Positions 37,547 to 49,974 of a DNA stretch of 64,000 bases are shown here, piece by piece (within the stretch, counting starts at the first letter, position 1; each line of letters starts with the position of its first letter). The notes below the pieces were generated by a model. The model was not told where the DNA came from. It worked only from the letters and a program-made list of their open reading frames with translations, and searched no databases. Source of the DNA: Blepharisma stoltei ATCC 30299 (taxonomy: Eukaryota; Protista; Ciliophora); contig CBFDEM010000056.1 of NCBI GenBank assembly GCA_965603825.1, forward strand, positions 620,001-684,000, read 5' to 3'. The translations under genes and the position numbers were made by a program.

Positions 37547-38848
37547 ATGCACTTCTTCGGTGGTGGTGGTGGAGGAGGTTTCCCATTCGATGACTTTTTC
37601 AGCCATCAGCGCAGAGAAGAGCCTGAAGAAGAAGTGGACAGCACCCGTTTCTACACTTTATTAGGCGTTGATAAGTCTACATCCTGTGCTGATATCAAAA
37701 AAGCTTATAGACAGCTTGCAAAAACAAAGCACCCTGATAAGGGTGGAGACCCTGCAGAATTCCAAGAAATTACACATGCTTCCGAAATCCTTTCTGATCC
37801 AGAAAAAAGAAAAGTTTATGATCGGTATGGAGAGAAAGGAATAAATCAAGGAATGAGTGGAGCTGATACTGAAGCCTCCAGCATTTTTGACTTGCTTTCG
37901 GGAAGAGGAGGAAGGAGAAGAGAGCAGAGTGGGCCAAGAAGAGGAGAAGATGCAACACATACATTGAAAGTAGGCTTGGAAGAGATTTATAATGGAGCTA
38001 CAAAGAAAATTGCAATAAATAGAGATAGGGTTTGCCAAGAATGCAATGGCGAAGGAGGGAAAAATGCAAAAACTTGCAGCGGCTGCAAAGGTAGAGGAAT
38101 GGTAAACAAGCTCCAAATGATTGGTCCTAATATGTACACACAATCAGTAGGTCAATGTGACGACTGTAATGGCACCGGAAAAACTTATGATGCCAAAAAC
38201 CGCTGCAAAACCTGCAAAGGGAAGACCATCTTCCAAGAGCGAAAAGTCATTGAAGTGACCATTGACAAAGGAATCCCAAATCACCACAAATACTCCTTCA
38301 TGGGTGAAAGTGATGAAAAGCCAGGAGTTTTACCAGGAGATCTTATAGTGATCATTGAAGAAAAGCATCATGAAATTTTCAAGCGAAAACACGCCGACTT
38401 GATTTTCATAAAAAAAATCACCATAAAAGAAGCTCTTACAGGGTATAATTTCAAAATCCCTCATTTAGATGGAACCGAGAAACTAATTGAGTCCGCTCCT
38501 TTAGATATCATAAAACCAGGCGATATCAGGACTGTAAGGGATCTTGGAATGCCAATTATGAGGACTCCATTTAAATTTGGAAACCTATTCATTACTTTCG
38601 AAGTAGAGTTCCCAGAACCAAAATCGTTGTCTCGCCAGCAAATTAATGAGCTAAAGAATTTAATACCTGGAGAGTCCATGGATTTGGACGAAGCTGGAAC
38701 TGAAAAGCACACAACGATTGAATTTGATAGGACACATCAAACAGAAAATGATGCGAAAATTCATTCAGATTATAAAGATGAAGAGGATGAGGATTTCAAT
38801 GACCCAAGATTTGCAAGAGCGAGAAATTGTTCTGGAACGATATTTTAG
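37547..38848 (+). CDS. DNAJA: Type I Hsp40 (DnaJA/Ydj1)
   Basis: J domain HPDKGG, four CxxCxGxG-type repeats, C-terminal domains. Confidence 0.95.
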   Translation: MHFFGGGGGGGFPFDDFFSHQRREEPEEEVDSTRFYTLLGVDKSTSCADIKKAYRQLAKTKHPDKGGDPAEFQEITHASEILSDPEKRKVYDRYGEKGINQGMSGADTEASSIFDLLSGRGGRRREQSGPRRGEDATHTLKVGLEEIYNGATKKIAINRDRVCQECNGEGGKNAKTCSGCKGRGMVNKLQMIGPNMYTQSVGQCDDCNGTGKTYDAKNRCKTCKGKTIFQERKVIEVTIDKGIPNHHKYSFMGESDEKPGVLPGDLIVIIEEKHHEIFKRKHADLIFIKKITIKEALTGYNFKIPHLDGTEKLIESAPLDIIKPGDIRTVRDLGMPIMRTPFKFGNLFITFEVEFPEPKSLSRQQINELKNLIPGESMDLDEAGTEKHTTIEFDRTHQTENDAKIHSDYKDEEDEDFNDPRFARARNCSGTIF

Positions 38849-39186
38849 ATAAATTCTTGATAAAATTATAATGCTTGGCAGCCTTATAGCATCATTTGTA
38901 TAACTTTTGACTTTATGGGGCTTTAACTTTAATTAATTTTCTGGGACAAAGTGAATATGAACTATTACATTTAGAGAAATGATATTTAATTAAAATTAAT
39001 TTTTGTTAGTAATCGCGAGAGAAAGAAATAATAGTGCTAGTCTGCTATTGAAAATATTAGCTATTTGATACAAAATCAAGCTTTTAAAGGATTATCAAAT
39101 AACTCGATTCGTTTAACTGCATATTTAAATCTCAAACACTATTTTTAGTATATATAATTAATTACTAACTATCTGATGTGAAAGTG

Positions 39187-41550
39187 CTAATAATTATCGG
39201 TTAAAACATTTTTCAATGGAATAATCAAGTCATTTTCAGCCTCATAGCCCATATATTTCCTTATCTTCTCTTCATCAATCCTAGCCATCTTTTTCAATTT
39301 CTCTAGAAGCCCAAATGACACTCCAATTCTTGATTCTGCTTCAACCCACATGCATAATTTTCTGCAGCACTTTCTAATATTCTCAATACTTTTATCATTT
39401 TCCAATTCACTTGAATCTTTTGAATTGTTTTCATGCACATAATCAATTACAAAAGTTCTTAGCCAATGATACACATTCAATGAGTTTTCGCTGAAAAATT
39501 CAATCAGTTCTTGGGTTAATTCTTCATTAATGTCAATTATATGTGCAATGCACATAATTGATTCTTGCTTGAAATCGTATTGATATTGAAGAGTTTTGGA
39601 GTCCATATGTTTGGATCTCCCATCGATTTCTAAGCAATAAACTAAGGAATTCAGAATTTCTGCTGAATACCCAATCAAATCTTTCCCAAACTTCATCAAA
39701 AGCTGGCATGAATTTATTTTGGTTTTGAAGTTATTTTGGGTTTTAACTGCTTGTATTAAATTTGGTATCAATTTGTGTGCAATTTCATAGTGAGGCATAC
39801 TCTCATTTGCAAAAAAGGTGAAAAATGCTCTGCAAGCGTCCCATCCAACTTTGGCTGTTTTATGTGATAGCCCTCTTACGCAGATATCAAATAGTTCATC
39901 AAAATATTTATGGATTTGCTCATAAGTAAACATGCCGAAGAGATTAGCAATTGAAACGATTGCGTTAGAAACCACTTTTTCTCTTCGATTTTCGCTATTA
40001 TCTCTGATAATGTCAATGATAGTATCAATTCTGCTTAAACTAATCGGATTTAAGCAGAAGTAAGATAGTGCTAACGATGAATTTATAGCGACGCTTAAGT
40101 TACTTGTATCTCGATGAGCAGAAATCACACTGATTCCTCTGTCGAAAAAGTCTTCAGGGACAAGGTCGGCTTTAGCTAGAGTTCCGAAAAGTTTCATAAT
40201 AATGCTTTTTAGAAGGGAAGAGGAGTTGCCTGAAAAGTCAAACTTTTTTAAAAATTCTATAAGTTCTTTAACTTCAGCTTGAGTCAAAACTTTTATATCT
40301 GGAAGCAAGCTTAAAGTATTTAAGCAAGGCGCTAGAGTATCTACAGGCTGCTTTTTCGTCAAAACTAAAGCAACCCTGGCAATGACCTCAACCATACAGC
40401 AGTTTGGCTTAACCCTTATATATTCGTCTGTAATCTCGAATGCAGTTTTCTGTAGTAATAAATTATCTCCCATCATTATGCTACTAAGCTTCTCTTGTAT
40501 CCAGCTTTTAAACCCATCCATTTCTTCTGGATAGTTTTTAACTAAATTAGTAAACAACTCAAGTCTTTCTTCGACCAAATCTTGACTTCCAAGGACATGG
40601 TATACAAAATCGTAGGTCAAAATGTGCTTTATTTTTTCTGATCGCTCTTTAAAGACATTTTTTAAGCATTTTATAACGGCAAGCCTGATGTCAGGATTGA
40701 AAGCACCAAGGTGAATCATGACGGATTCAGCAATCTTTAGTAGATGAGAAGGAGAAAAGACTGAGTAAGGAGTTTTGGAAATTAAGGCAGCAGTCGCTCT
40801 AAGGACAGCTACTAAAACTTCAGGAGCAAGCTGTGATCTGAGCACAAAATTGAAAATTTCGTGCAAGTTGTCTAAAATTCCTGCAAGTTCGTGGAATTTT
40901 GAATTAAAAACTCTGCCAGATATATCTAGAGATTCAAGAGCTTCATACTCAGTTGATTCTTCTAGAAGCACTGCTAGAGTTGTGGCTGCTAAGGAGCGAA
41001 TCTCATTACTCGAGTCATTTAGCATCATGAATATCAACGGCGTTTGTGCTGATATGCTGTCACACACATTCCCTCGGACATCAGAAGGAATTATCGCGCC
41101 GATGTATTCTCGAAGCCATTTCCCATGCTTTTTATAGATGATTTGAAGACAGTTGATGAGCCCAGATCTCACCCTGATATGCATCGAATTTTTGGATTTC
41201 TTCGCTTGTTGGCTGGTCTTCTCTATATTTACAGCTCGATGGACCAAGCCTTGGATGGATGTCCAGAGGGATGTAATTTTTTCTGGGTCGTCTGTAATAA
41301 CTAGCTTCGTCTTCGGAATTTGGGTTTCTTTAAATAAGGACTCCCGTTTCAGCAGCTCTTGCTCAGACCCACTTAAGCTAATTTCAAACATCCTCTTGAT
41401 TATGTCCTGGTAGCTTTGAAAAAGCTCTTGGTCTTCTGGGTCAAATTTTTGTGGAGGCTGAGGGGCTTTCGTGTAATTTTTCGGCTTTGGTTTTTGTTTG
41501 AATATTTTTTCAGACTTCTTCTTCGGGCCATTCAACTTAATAGATGCCAT
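39187..41550 (-). CDS. HEAT-repeat protein, HEATR6-like
   Basis: TPL..ML.D....R..AA..LA.LLE, KTPYS, KV.SNA, KVGWDAC, NFKTKIN. Confidence 0.75.
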   Translation of the reverse strand: MASIKLNGPKKKSEKIFKQKPKPKNYTKAPQPPQKFDPEDQELFQSYQDIIKRMFEISLSGSEQELLKRESLFKETQIPKTKLVITDDPEKITSLWTSIQGLVHRAVNIEKTSQQAKKSKNSMHIRVRSGLINCLQIIYKKHGKWLREYIGAIIPSDVRGNVCDSISAQTPLIFMMLNDSSNEIRSLAATTLAVLLEESTEYEALESLDISGRVFNSKFHELAGILDNLHEIFNFVLRSQLAPEVLVAVLRATAALISKTPYSVFSPSHLLKIAESVMIHLGAFNPDIRLAVIKCLKNVFKERSEKIKHILTYDFVYHVLGSQDLVEERLELFTNLVKNYPEEMDGFKSWIQEKLSSIMMGDNLLLQKTAFEITDEYIRVKPNCCMVEVIARVALVLTKKQPVDTLAPCLNTLSLLPDIKVLTQAEVKELIEFLKKFDFSGNSSSLLKSIIMKLFGTLAKADLVPEDFFDRGISVISAHRDTSNLSVAINSSLALSYFCLNPISLSRIDTIIDIIRDNSENRREKVVSNAIVSIANLFGMFTYEQIHKYFDELFDICVRGLSHKTAKVGWDACRAFFTFFANESMPHYEIAHKLIPNLIQAVKTQNNFKTKINSCQLLMKFGKDLIGYSAEILNSLVYCLEIDGRSKHMDSKTLQYQYDFKQESIMCIAHIIDINEELTQELIEFFSENSLNVYHWLRTFVIDYVHENNSKDSSELENDKSIENIRKCCRKLCMWVEAESRIGVSFGLLEKLKKMARIDEEKIRKYMGYEAENDLIIPLKNVLTDNY

Positions 41551-42060
41551 CAATTTTTTATTTGAAACTAGAATGTCGGACTTATAACGATGGCAGAGAT
41601 CTAAATTTCATTCAATCATAATATTGATTAGAAGGTTTTGGGCTATAATTAAGAACAGATTTTTGAATAGACGCTTCTTAAAGATTATAAAGAAAATATG
41701 CTGATAAGATTTATAGCAATGTATAAATTAGTGGCTGTTTAATTACTGGCTTTTTATCGCATTTATAAGAAAGCAAGGATAGATTACAAATTATTGCTAG
41801 TTCTATAACTTTCCAAGATATAAATGGAAACGGCTGATCCGTTCAGCTATTTAATAAAATTATAAGCTATTTAAAATGACAATTAAAATCCTCAAGGCAA
41901 ATTTCTTGCATACGAGAGGAGATAGAATATCTTATTCTTAACAAGAAAAATCAAACTTATTATTAATCACTTTGTAATATTCTAAGTTTTTCACAAGAAT
42001 GATTATTTTTTTCTTTTTGATAAAAGTATATAATGCACATTATAATTATACCATAAAAAT

Positions 42061-44535
42061 TTAAGAATTTTGAGTCCTTTTTGACAGCATTGGCAATTCT
42101 ATCGACTCAGGACTGGTTATATCACTTGGTGATGTCATATCTAGAGAACTGCCAGGAACAGACAAAGGTCTTCTCCTTCTTGGTGATGATGTTTGGCATG
42201 TTTTTGATCTAGACTGTTTTATCTCTTCCAAAATTCCTCCCAAAACAGGTTTTTTGTTTTCATTCCTTAGACCAGACAAAATTTTACTTTGTGTTTCTAT
42301 TAACTCCTTTCTTGTAAATAGTTGTTGTCTAAAAATCACAGGACTGGGAGTATATGTTAAGCAAGCCATTTTGAAGGCAGATAGTACAATTGAAGACTGT
42401 CCAGTACATGATAGACAAGTTTTGTCTATATTCACTACATTTCGAGGAGTCTGCGAAGCAGAACTACGAGGAGTCCCTGAAAATTTCGCTTTTGGCTCTT
42501 TATAGCCCATAAGGAATATTGATTCTCTATCAATTTCATCTTGTGTAGTTAATACGCTTGAAATTATAGAAAAATCAATTAAATTATCAATAGAACTTTT
42601 CATGGAGTCTATAGATATAGTCGTTGAGGTCAAAATATTACTGATATTTTCTATTGAGGTATTAATCTGTCTGAACTCTGCAGAAATGTCAGACAGGTCT
42701 CGTTTCCTTTGAGTTGCCATTAAGTTGTAATCGTTTATTGCTTGGAGGAATTTGAATTCTAAATCTTTTGTATGAAGCACTAGATCGGCTGATTTTTGTT
42801 CGTTATCTTGGACAATTTTATTGAATTGAGTTGCAGTAGTATCTTCAAGAGATTTCAGCAGAACTTTGAGGTTTTCTGCATCGGTTATTCGATCTTTTGT
42901 GTAATCAGCTTGATTTGAGGAAATTATTGAGAGAATTTCTGTTTTTGAGGCTTCTATAAGGCTTTGATACTCAACTTTTTGCTCTTCAATTTTTTGCTCA
43001 ATTCCTGATAAATCTGGCATAATAATTTGTGGAGCAATTTCTCTTATTTCTTTGCGGAGTTTTTTTGATTTCTTTCTTTTAGAAATGTTAATAGGTTCTT
43101 GATAGTTAGTTTTTGGCTCATTGCTAGGCTTTGGTGTATTTATAGAGTAATCAATAGATTTATTTAGAGCATTTAATGGATTTTCTTGATTTCTTAAAAT
43201 TTCTATAGGTCTTGTGAACGCTGTGGAAGTTCTTGGTGTATTTGGATATGAAGTTTTAATAGACGCAACCTGGTTTTGTTTTATAGGCTCTTCTATAGTT
43301 CTTTGTTTATCAGCCAAAGTTATGCTTTTATTTATCGATTCTGCATATGAATTATTAACACTTGAATAGTTTTGGCTGGTCCTAACCGATTCAGTGTAGC
43401 TGCTTTGTCTGTCTTGAGAACTTCTTCTTAATCCATCTTCATATATTTTTTGATTGCTATTATAATAGCCTTGCCTTATAATTGATTCTTGAGACTGCTC
43501 AGTATTTGAACTCTCAATTTCCGAGTCTTCACTATCAGATGATGAAGAATATTTTTTCTTTTTACGAGAATAGTGCACAGGCTCAGGAGGAAGTGGAATT
43601 TGGATGATTTCTTCGGTATATTTTTTGTTTTTTTCGAAGCACTCTTTTATATCCTCTGGCAATTTGCCAGAGTCTATTTCTTCAAATTTTTTAATTGCTC
43701 AATCCGCTACACTTTTTTTCTGTTTAAGATCATTAGAAACCCCATATAACGTTTCAATTGTTCTTAAATCTAATTTAACTAAAAATTCTCCAGATAAATG
43801 CACGTTAATATCTTTCGAAATTTTCATTAAATCAGCAGAATTTTTCGAAATATTTGTCCTAATTTTTTCAATTTTGTCATAGTTGTCCTTTTTATAAATA
43901 CTCAGATTTTTTTTGATTTTTGCAATTAGTTGATTCAAGTCATTTATCATTCTTTCATTATTTTTGCTTTCTAGTGATAAATTCTGTATATCTTCTTTTA
44001 TTTTCTTAATCATAAATTCAGACTCTTTGTCAAATTCTTCGATTTTTCTTATATCATCCTCAATCGCTTCAAATTTTTTAATAGAATCTTCTCTGTGCAT
44101 TTTAATAGTTTCTTCGAAATTTGTTTTCATCATTAAATGATCATGAGCTAGTTTTTGTATGTCTATTTTTTGCACATCTTGCCTGTTCGAGATTTTGCTT
44201 AAAACTTCATCAAAGCTGATCAATTTCATTTGAAATTCTCCGAGATGATTAATTATTTCTTCTCTATCTTTATCGAATTTTGTTTCCATCAATTTTAATG
44301 TTGCATCAAACTCCATAAGCTTTTTTGAGTAATCGTCTAAAAGAGTTAACCTATTCCTTAGCTTGGTGAGTGAAATGTTGGTATCACCTAGCATGGCTGC
44401 CGTTAATTCTTGTTTATTTTCTAATGACGATATTTGGTCTTTATGCTCCATTACTCTTCTCAGTGTCGGGTCAATTAAATCTTTAATTAAAACTCTAACC
44501 TTGTTTTCCAGGATAAGCCAAGTCTGTTCGTCCAT
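42061..44535 (-). CDS. Long coiled-coil protein with a C-terminal CLSC motif, 824 aa
   Basis: ORFs 43699-44577 and 42061-43662 are in frame and joined by TGA=W; DKTCLSC..AFKMACLTY.PS. Confidence 0.75.
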
Positions 44536-45091
44536 TTTCTTGTTTTGAAATATAAAAATGTAATGCCATTTAGACAATAAACGTGAGGCTCTTATTATGA
44601 TTATCTATATAGTTGCATGCAGAAGATAAGAATTTTTTAGCCGAAACACTTTTTAATCATCTTTCATGCGGGTTTCAATACTTTTCATATATATATCAAT
44701 ATTTAAGCATCACATTCGATGTTATTTACTGTATTTAACTTCATCTATCTAATAAATATTGGTCTATTAGGGGAGGTATTAAAAGTGTGTTTAATTAATG
44801 CTTTCATAGTTTTTCTCTAATGAAAAATTTTGATTGAAGAAAAATCTAAAAGTATTTTATTGTAGAGAGTAAATCTTATTATAGGAATTGCGCATGAATT
44901 CAATATAGAAAATCGAATCCCAAATTTTCTATTTAACATACAAATAAGGAGTTTTAGAATTTATTTAATTAAAAACTATATTCTTTTTGAGCATTGAATG
45001 TGAATCTTACAATCTGGATAAGATTTTTTTTTTATTTTTCCTAATTTCTGCATATTTTAATTTAAAAATTTACAGATTCTATATTATATAT

Positions 45092-46909
45092 ATGGAAAAC
45101 CTCAAAATCGCATGGCATGACAGCAGGATTTATAATCGAGAAAACTCTAGCTACATAAAAACATTTCCTTTTACCTATGAGCTAAGAGCATTTTCTGAAG
45201 TAGAAGAAACCATCAGGTTCTTGCAATCTGAAAACAATCCATGGGTACTGGTGACCTCTGGCAGAAATGGTGAGGCATTAGCTAGCCGTGTCTGTGATAA
45301 TCCAAATGTGATAGGGATCATCATTTTTTGTATGAATCGGAGAAAAAACAAAAAATTGTTAACTAAATACCCAAAAGTAAAAGAAATTGTAACAAGGGGG
45401 TTTCATGAAGTCCTTGATCATGCTTCCAATATTTTTAACACTTATGTAGCCCATACTGTCTCGCAATTAAATGAAGATCCTAGTGTCGGTATGGTTTCTC
45501 TGATGGAGGCATTGAATCCAATTGCGCCTTTAAACCAAATCAATAGCCCAGATTACTATTATCACATGCAAAATGAACTTGAAATGAGCTTTTTAATGGT
45601 CATCAAGCTAACATTAAAAAATAGAAATATATCAAGACGTAAGGTTTTAGCTGAGCTGTTAGCTTTAAATCCATCAAGAGCAAGTGAAGTTAAAAATGTC
45701 TTCAATCAAAATAGGAGAGACCTACTAAAATCAATTATATATACTTATTCCTCAAATTTAGTATATAGGCAGCTAAATGAGTGCTATGCAAGCAACAACT
45801 ATCATAAAGTTATGAACATTACAGCTGCTTGTATGTGTGAATTGCAAGCAAGATCAAGCTTTCTGATGCTCCAAGAGGAAACTGTCCTGTATAGAGGTGT
45901 AGACATTCCAGAAAACCAACTAATTGACTATCAAATTGGGCAATTAGGATTTTGGAGTGCTTTTACTAGTACAACTACAAATGAAGCAGTATCAAGAAGC
46001 CCTCCATTTGGAGGAAACGTTCAGTTTGAAATTCATCTGTCAAAAACAATACGTCATCCTCATATAGTTCTTGAATCTGGATGGTCAATGCATAATAGAG
46101 AAAACGAAGTTCTTTTGTTGCCTTATTTCCCATTTAAAATCACAGATATTGAAGATTTAGGCAACTATAAAAAAATAATTGTTCATCAAAATGAGGCGCA
46201 TCTTTCACTTTCTCTTGATAGTCAGGCACTGAATGAGTACTGACTCAATAGGTTTATAAATGAAGTTTCAGTCCCGTTTTATAATCTCTGTGAACAAATT
46301 CACCACAGAATCGCTATTTACGTAGACTACAGAAGCTATTTTTACATTCAAAATCGGGAATTTCAAGGCGAAACTAACTTCCAAATAGATTTACAGAAGG
46401 CCATTTGCAAGGTCTACAGATTAAAGATAATGAATAAGTCATTTAAAACTCGCCTTGACAGTAGTGCATCAATAATTAATTACTGGGGAATTCTAAAAGA
46501 AGATATAATAAATGACATGGGAAAAGACCTCAGAAAAAAAATTAAAGACTTTTTTGCACCAGATTTCATTAATATGAGAAAAAGCATATCAAAGGTGATG
46601 AACGAAGAAATGATTAGTACATTTGAGGTACCTTTGAATTTGTTGTATCAGTGCATTCAGCCGATTTTTAATGAAGTTGAAAAGAACCTTATACAGTCTG
46701 CTCCAAATTTACATCATAATAGTATGCAAGACAGTGATGGATATATTGAATTTTTTTGCAGAAAGGTGGTGATAGAGATGGGAACGGTGATGGCTGGGCA
46801 AAAACTAAATATAGATCACACCACAGAGGCCATGAGAATCAAATTGAATGAGCAGCTAGAAAAACTGAAGACAAGGATTGCAATAGTATTGGGGGAGATT
46901 ATATTTTAA
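45092..46909 (+). CDS. Pseudo-receiver + R-S-E (ARTC) mono-ADP-ribosyltransferase + helical C-domain, copy 1, 605 aa
   Basis: YTYSS, VLYRGV, FWSAFTSTT, FGGNVQFEI, SMHNRENEVLLLP; TGA 46241=W joins the C-terminal ORF. Confidence 0.85.
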
Positions 46910-48080
46910 GTTTAATAGCTGTTAGAATTTCAGAAATATCTATATTGCTCTTTTTTGAAATCTTGTCTTCTTAGTAATTTTTTAAAATTGGCTTGAAATG
47001 TTTCGATGGATTATTTTCTCAATCATTTTCATCTCTTCGAAGGGCAATAAATGCCATGTGCTAAAAATGAAATTTTTATGACGCTTGCATTTTCAATTAT
47101 CCAGCTTTGAACTACTGCTATACTGCCATAACACTTAAGATAGTTTTGTGTGCTTTTAAGTCTAAAGCTAATGCCTTATGAATATAATTATTTCATAATT
47201 TGTTTAAATTTAATTAATAGCAGTAATGAAATGGTGTAGTTCGAATTATTTCGGCAGGATGTTTAATCTCTAAATTATGGATCCAATTTTATCTGTGAAT
47301 CTTTGCCTTAATTCTATGGCCCAATGCTTGATTCTAGGAGGCATGACAGATTTAAAGTTAATAATGTATTGTTATTATTTCTTTTTACCTACTGAGTTAA
47401 AACTCATCTTACAGGAATGGCTGGTCAATATATTAAATGGTATTGTTCCTATGAAGGATGGCTACATCTACCAGCATACCCTCTAGGCGCAACTGTCCAG
47501 GTCTTAAGGACAGTGCAAACTGGGATTGATTCTTAGTATAGAATAAAATGCATTATCAGCGGATATGTATCTGGCTTTTTTTGTGATGCTTATAAGAAAG
47601 ATAGAGAAGAAATTACAGAATTTTTGTGTTGTTTAATGAAGGAAGATCTTATTGGATTAAGTTTGACTGAAATAATACTGTGTAGCTGGAAGTTTGAGGA
47701 AATTGTGCTAAAGAAATACAAGAATCATGTTGTATTGATAAATGAAAAAATTCGGAAGTACGTTGAAGGAATTAATACATTTTCCCCAAACATTGGCTTC
47801 AGCGCGTGCGAGCCATTATATCATGCACTTTTATAGCGTGATTGCTCATCAAACTAATTGTAGAATTTTTTTGATAACGAGGCTTTTGGCTAATTTCGAT
47901 CAAATTTAGCGTGATGAAATGCTGCAATGTCAAAAGTGCAAGATCATTTGTTCAGAATCAGATTAAGCCAAAATAAATTCTCGATTTTTGAAAATTACTC
48001 TTTTTAGAATAATATAAATTTATTTAATTTATATAATATAATGTATTCCTATCTTTTACACTTAAAATTAGAATATTGGA

Positions 48081-48170
48081 TTAATTCATGATTCTATAAA
48101 ATATGTCTTCTCTAAAAGCAATAATTCGGTTAATTATGATTCTATAAAATATGTCCTCTCCAAATGCAAT
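48081..48170 (+). repeat. Imperfect ~42-bp direct repeat duplicating the LRR-gene start region; creates uORF 48103-48147
   Basis: ttaattcatgattctataaaatatgtcttctctaaaagcaat versus ttaattatgattctataaaatatgtcctctccaaatgcaat. Confidence 0.85.
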
Positions 48171-49770
48171 CCTTCAAAGGGAAGAAAATTCAGAAAAAGC
48201 CTTAAGAAAAACAGTGGAACTTTTGCACGATAGGGTTGGATTTTATGCATATTCTTGGAATTGCTTTGCTCCAATAAGCAGTTCTGATCCATATTCTTAT
48301 GTTAAATATTCGATTTCTTTTTTCCGATCTACCTTTGCCGAAACAATACAACTGATTTTGCTCGATCCCAACTCTGAAACTCAAGATATCCAAAAATTAT
48401 TTTGTTTTTCTGAATATACAAGAAACATGAAAAAGTCTGTTACTACACGATTTTTAAATACAATTTATATTCCACAAAATTTAATTTATAGCTTTGCCAA
48501 TGAAATTGACAATCATGTCCATATAGCTATTCAACAGGCTTTCAATGACTTTTTAGCAAATAAAAGGTTTGAAAGAGCAGCAACTCTAGCTGATGCTTAT
48601 CAAGAAAAAAATCCAAATATTGCACTTGAATTCCAAAATAGAATTGTTGAAGAAGTAAGCCCTATATTGCATAAATTAGCCAAAGAGTCATATTTATTCA
48701 GTGCTTTTGATCAAAGTTTATCAAACGACAAAGACTTAGAGGCTGCATCATTTATTGAGCATATGCCTGTAAGCTTCAGAGACACTCTAAGTGAAGTATA
48801 CCACCAAAGCCAAGAAAAGGTAAAAATCCAGCAACAAGAAAAAGAACTTCAAAAAGCAAAGCAGATTGAACAAGAAATTGAAATTCAAAAGCAGCAGCGA
48901 ACTCAATTAGCAACTGTTTTTGATGGATATAGAAAAAGAGACAATTCTATTGATTCCTTTCTGTCATTCATAGAACAAGACACTGAAGCAAGATATTTTA
49001 GAATTGCAGATAAAGATATTCAAACTGAGTGTGATTTGTTTGGAGTTGATTTTTTTAGACCTCTTTCTTTTTCTATGCTATTTAATCCACAAATAGTTCA
49101 CTTACAAATTATCAAGTTTTATCTTGGGGATGATGAATTGATCCTTTTAGCTGAAATGGTAAGAAGAAATAGAGTTTTAAGAATCTTGGAGTTTCAAAGC
49201 AATCTCATTGGAGATAAGGGAGCCATTGCTTTAGGAAAAGTGCTAGAATTGAATTCTTGTCCTAGTCTTAGTATTCTTCATTTGGAGCAAAATCAAATTG
49301 GCGATCAGGGAGCCGTAGCTCTTGCTCAAGGACTGCGGAATCACTCTAATCTCCAAATACTTCATATTTCTAGCAATAAAATTAAAGATGATGGAGCTAT
49401 TGCGTTGAGCCTAGCTCTCAAAGAGAATTCAGCACTTCAAGAGCTATATTTTAGTAGCAATCAAATTCAAGACGAAGGAGCGACTGCTCTTGGAGAGGCT
49501 TTAAAAGTCAACTCTACTTTGGTTGCTTTAGATGTTTCCTTCAATCATATTGGCAATGATGGATCTGCTAAAATAGGAGAAGGGCTTAAGTTAAACTCTT
49601 CCCTTAAAAACTTGAATATTGCAGGGAACAAGTTAGAAAATAATGATTCTATGGGAACAACGCAATGAATGATGCTTAATGATGCGCTTCAAGGTTTAAA
49701 TCTCGATAAAATTCATTTTCATAGTGAAGGAGCTCAAGCCTTAAAAAAATACTCGACCTTCAAAGAATAA
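48151..49770 (+). CDS. Ribonuclease-inhibitor-type (NLRC3-like) LRR protein with a helical N-terminal half, 539 aa
   Basis: About 7 28-aa repeats L..L.L..NQIGD.GA.ALA..L..N; TGA 49666=W; no P-loop seen. Confidence 0.9.
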
Positions 49771-49819
49771 TAATTAATTTTAACTTTAGAAAACTTGCTA
49801 AAACATATTATGGCTCTAG

Positions 49820-49974
49820 ACGATCTTGGCTATGTTTATTGATATTTCCTGACGGGAAAAATGACTTTGGCTTAACAAACTCCCTAATTTGGGGAATTGG
49901 ATTGACCAATATAGGCTGGTTGAACCAAAATCCTTTTTCCGTAGGGAAAGATCAGGAAATCAAGCCGAAATCAT
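49820..49974. other. ~155-nt imperfect branched foldback (structured RNA or MITE-like relic)
   Basis: Nested complementary arms GATCTTGGC/GCCGAAATC, TTGA(TA)TTTCCTGA/TCAGGAAATCAA, ACGGGAAAAA/TTTTTCCGT, GACTTTGGCTTAAC/GTTGAACCAAAATC, plus two inner hairpins. Confidence 0.65.

Noticed and set aside
48151-49770. Calling the LRR gene a true NLR
   Set aside because: No NACHT/NB-ARC P-loop in the N-terminal half
49872-49890. Telomerase RNA template in the foldback (AACTCCCTAA)
   Set aside because: It mismatches a CCCTAACA repeat and is sequestered in a hairpin
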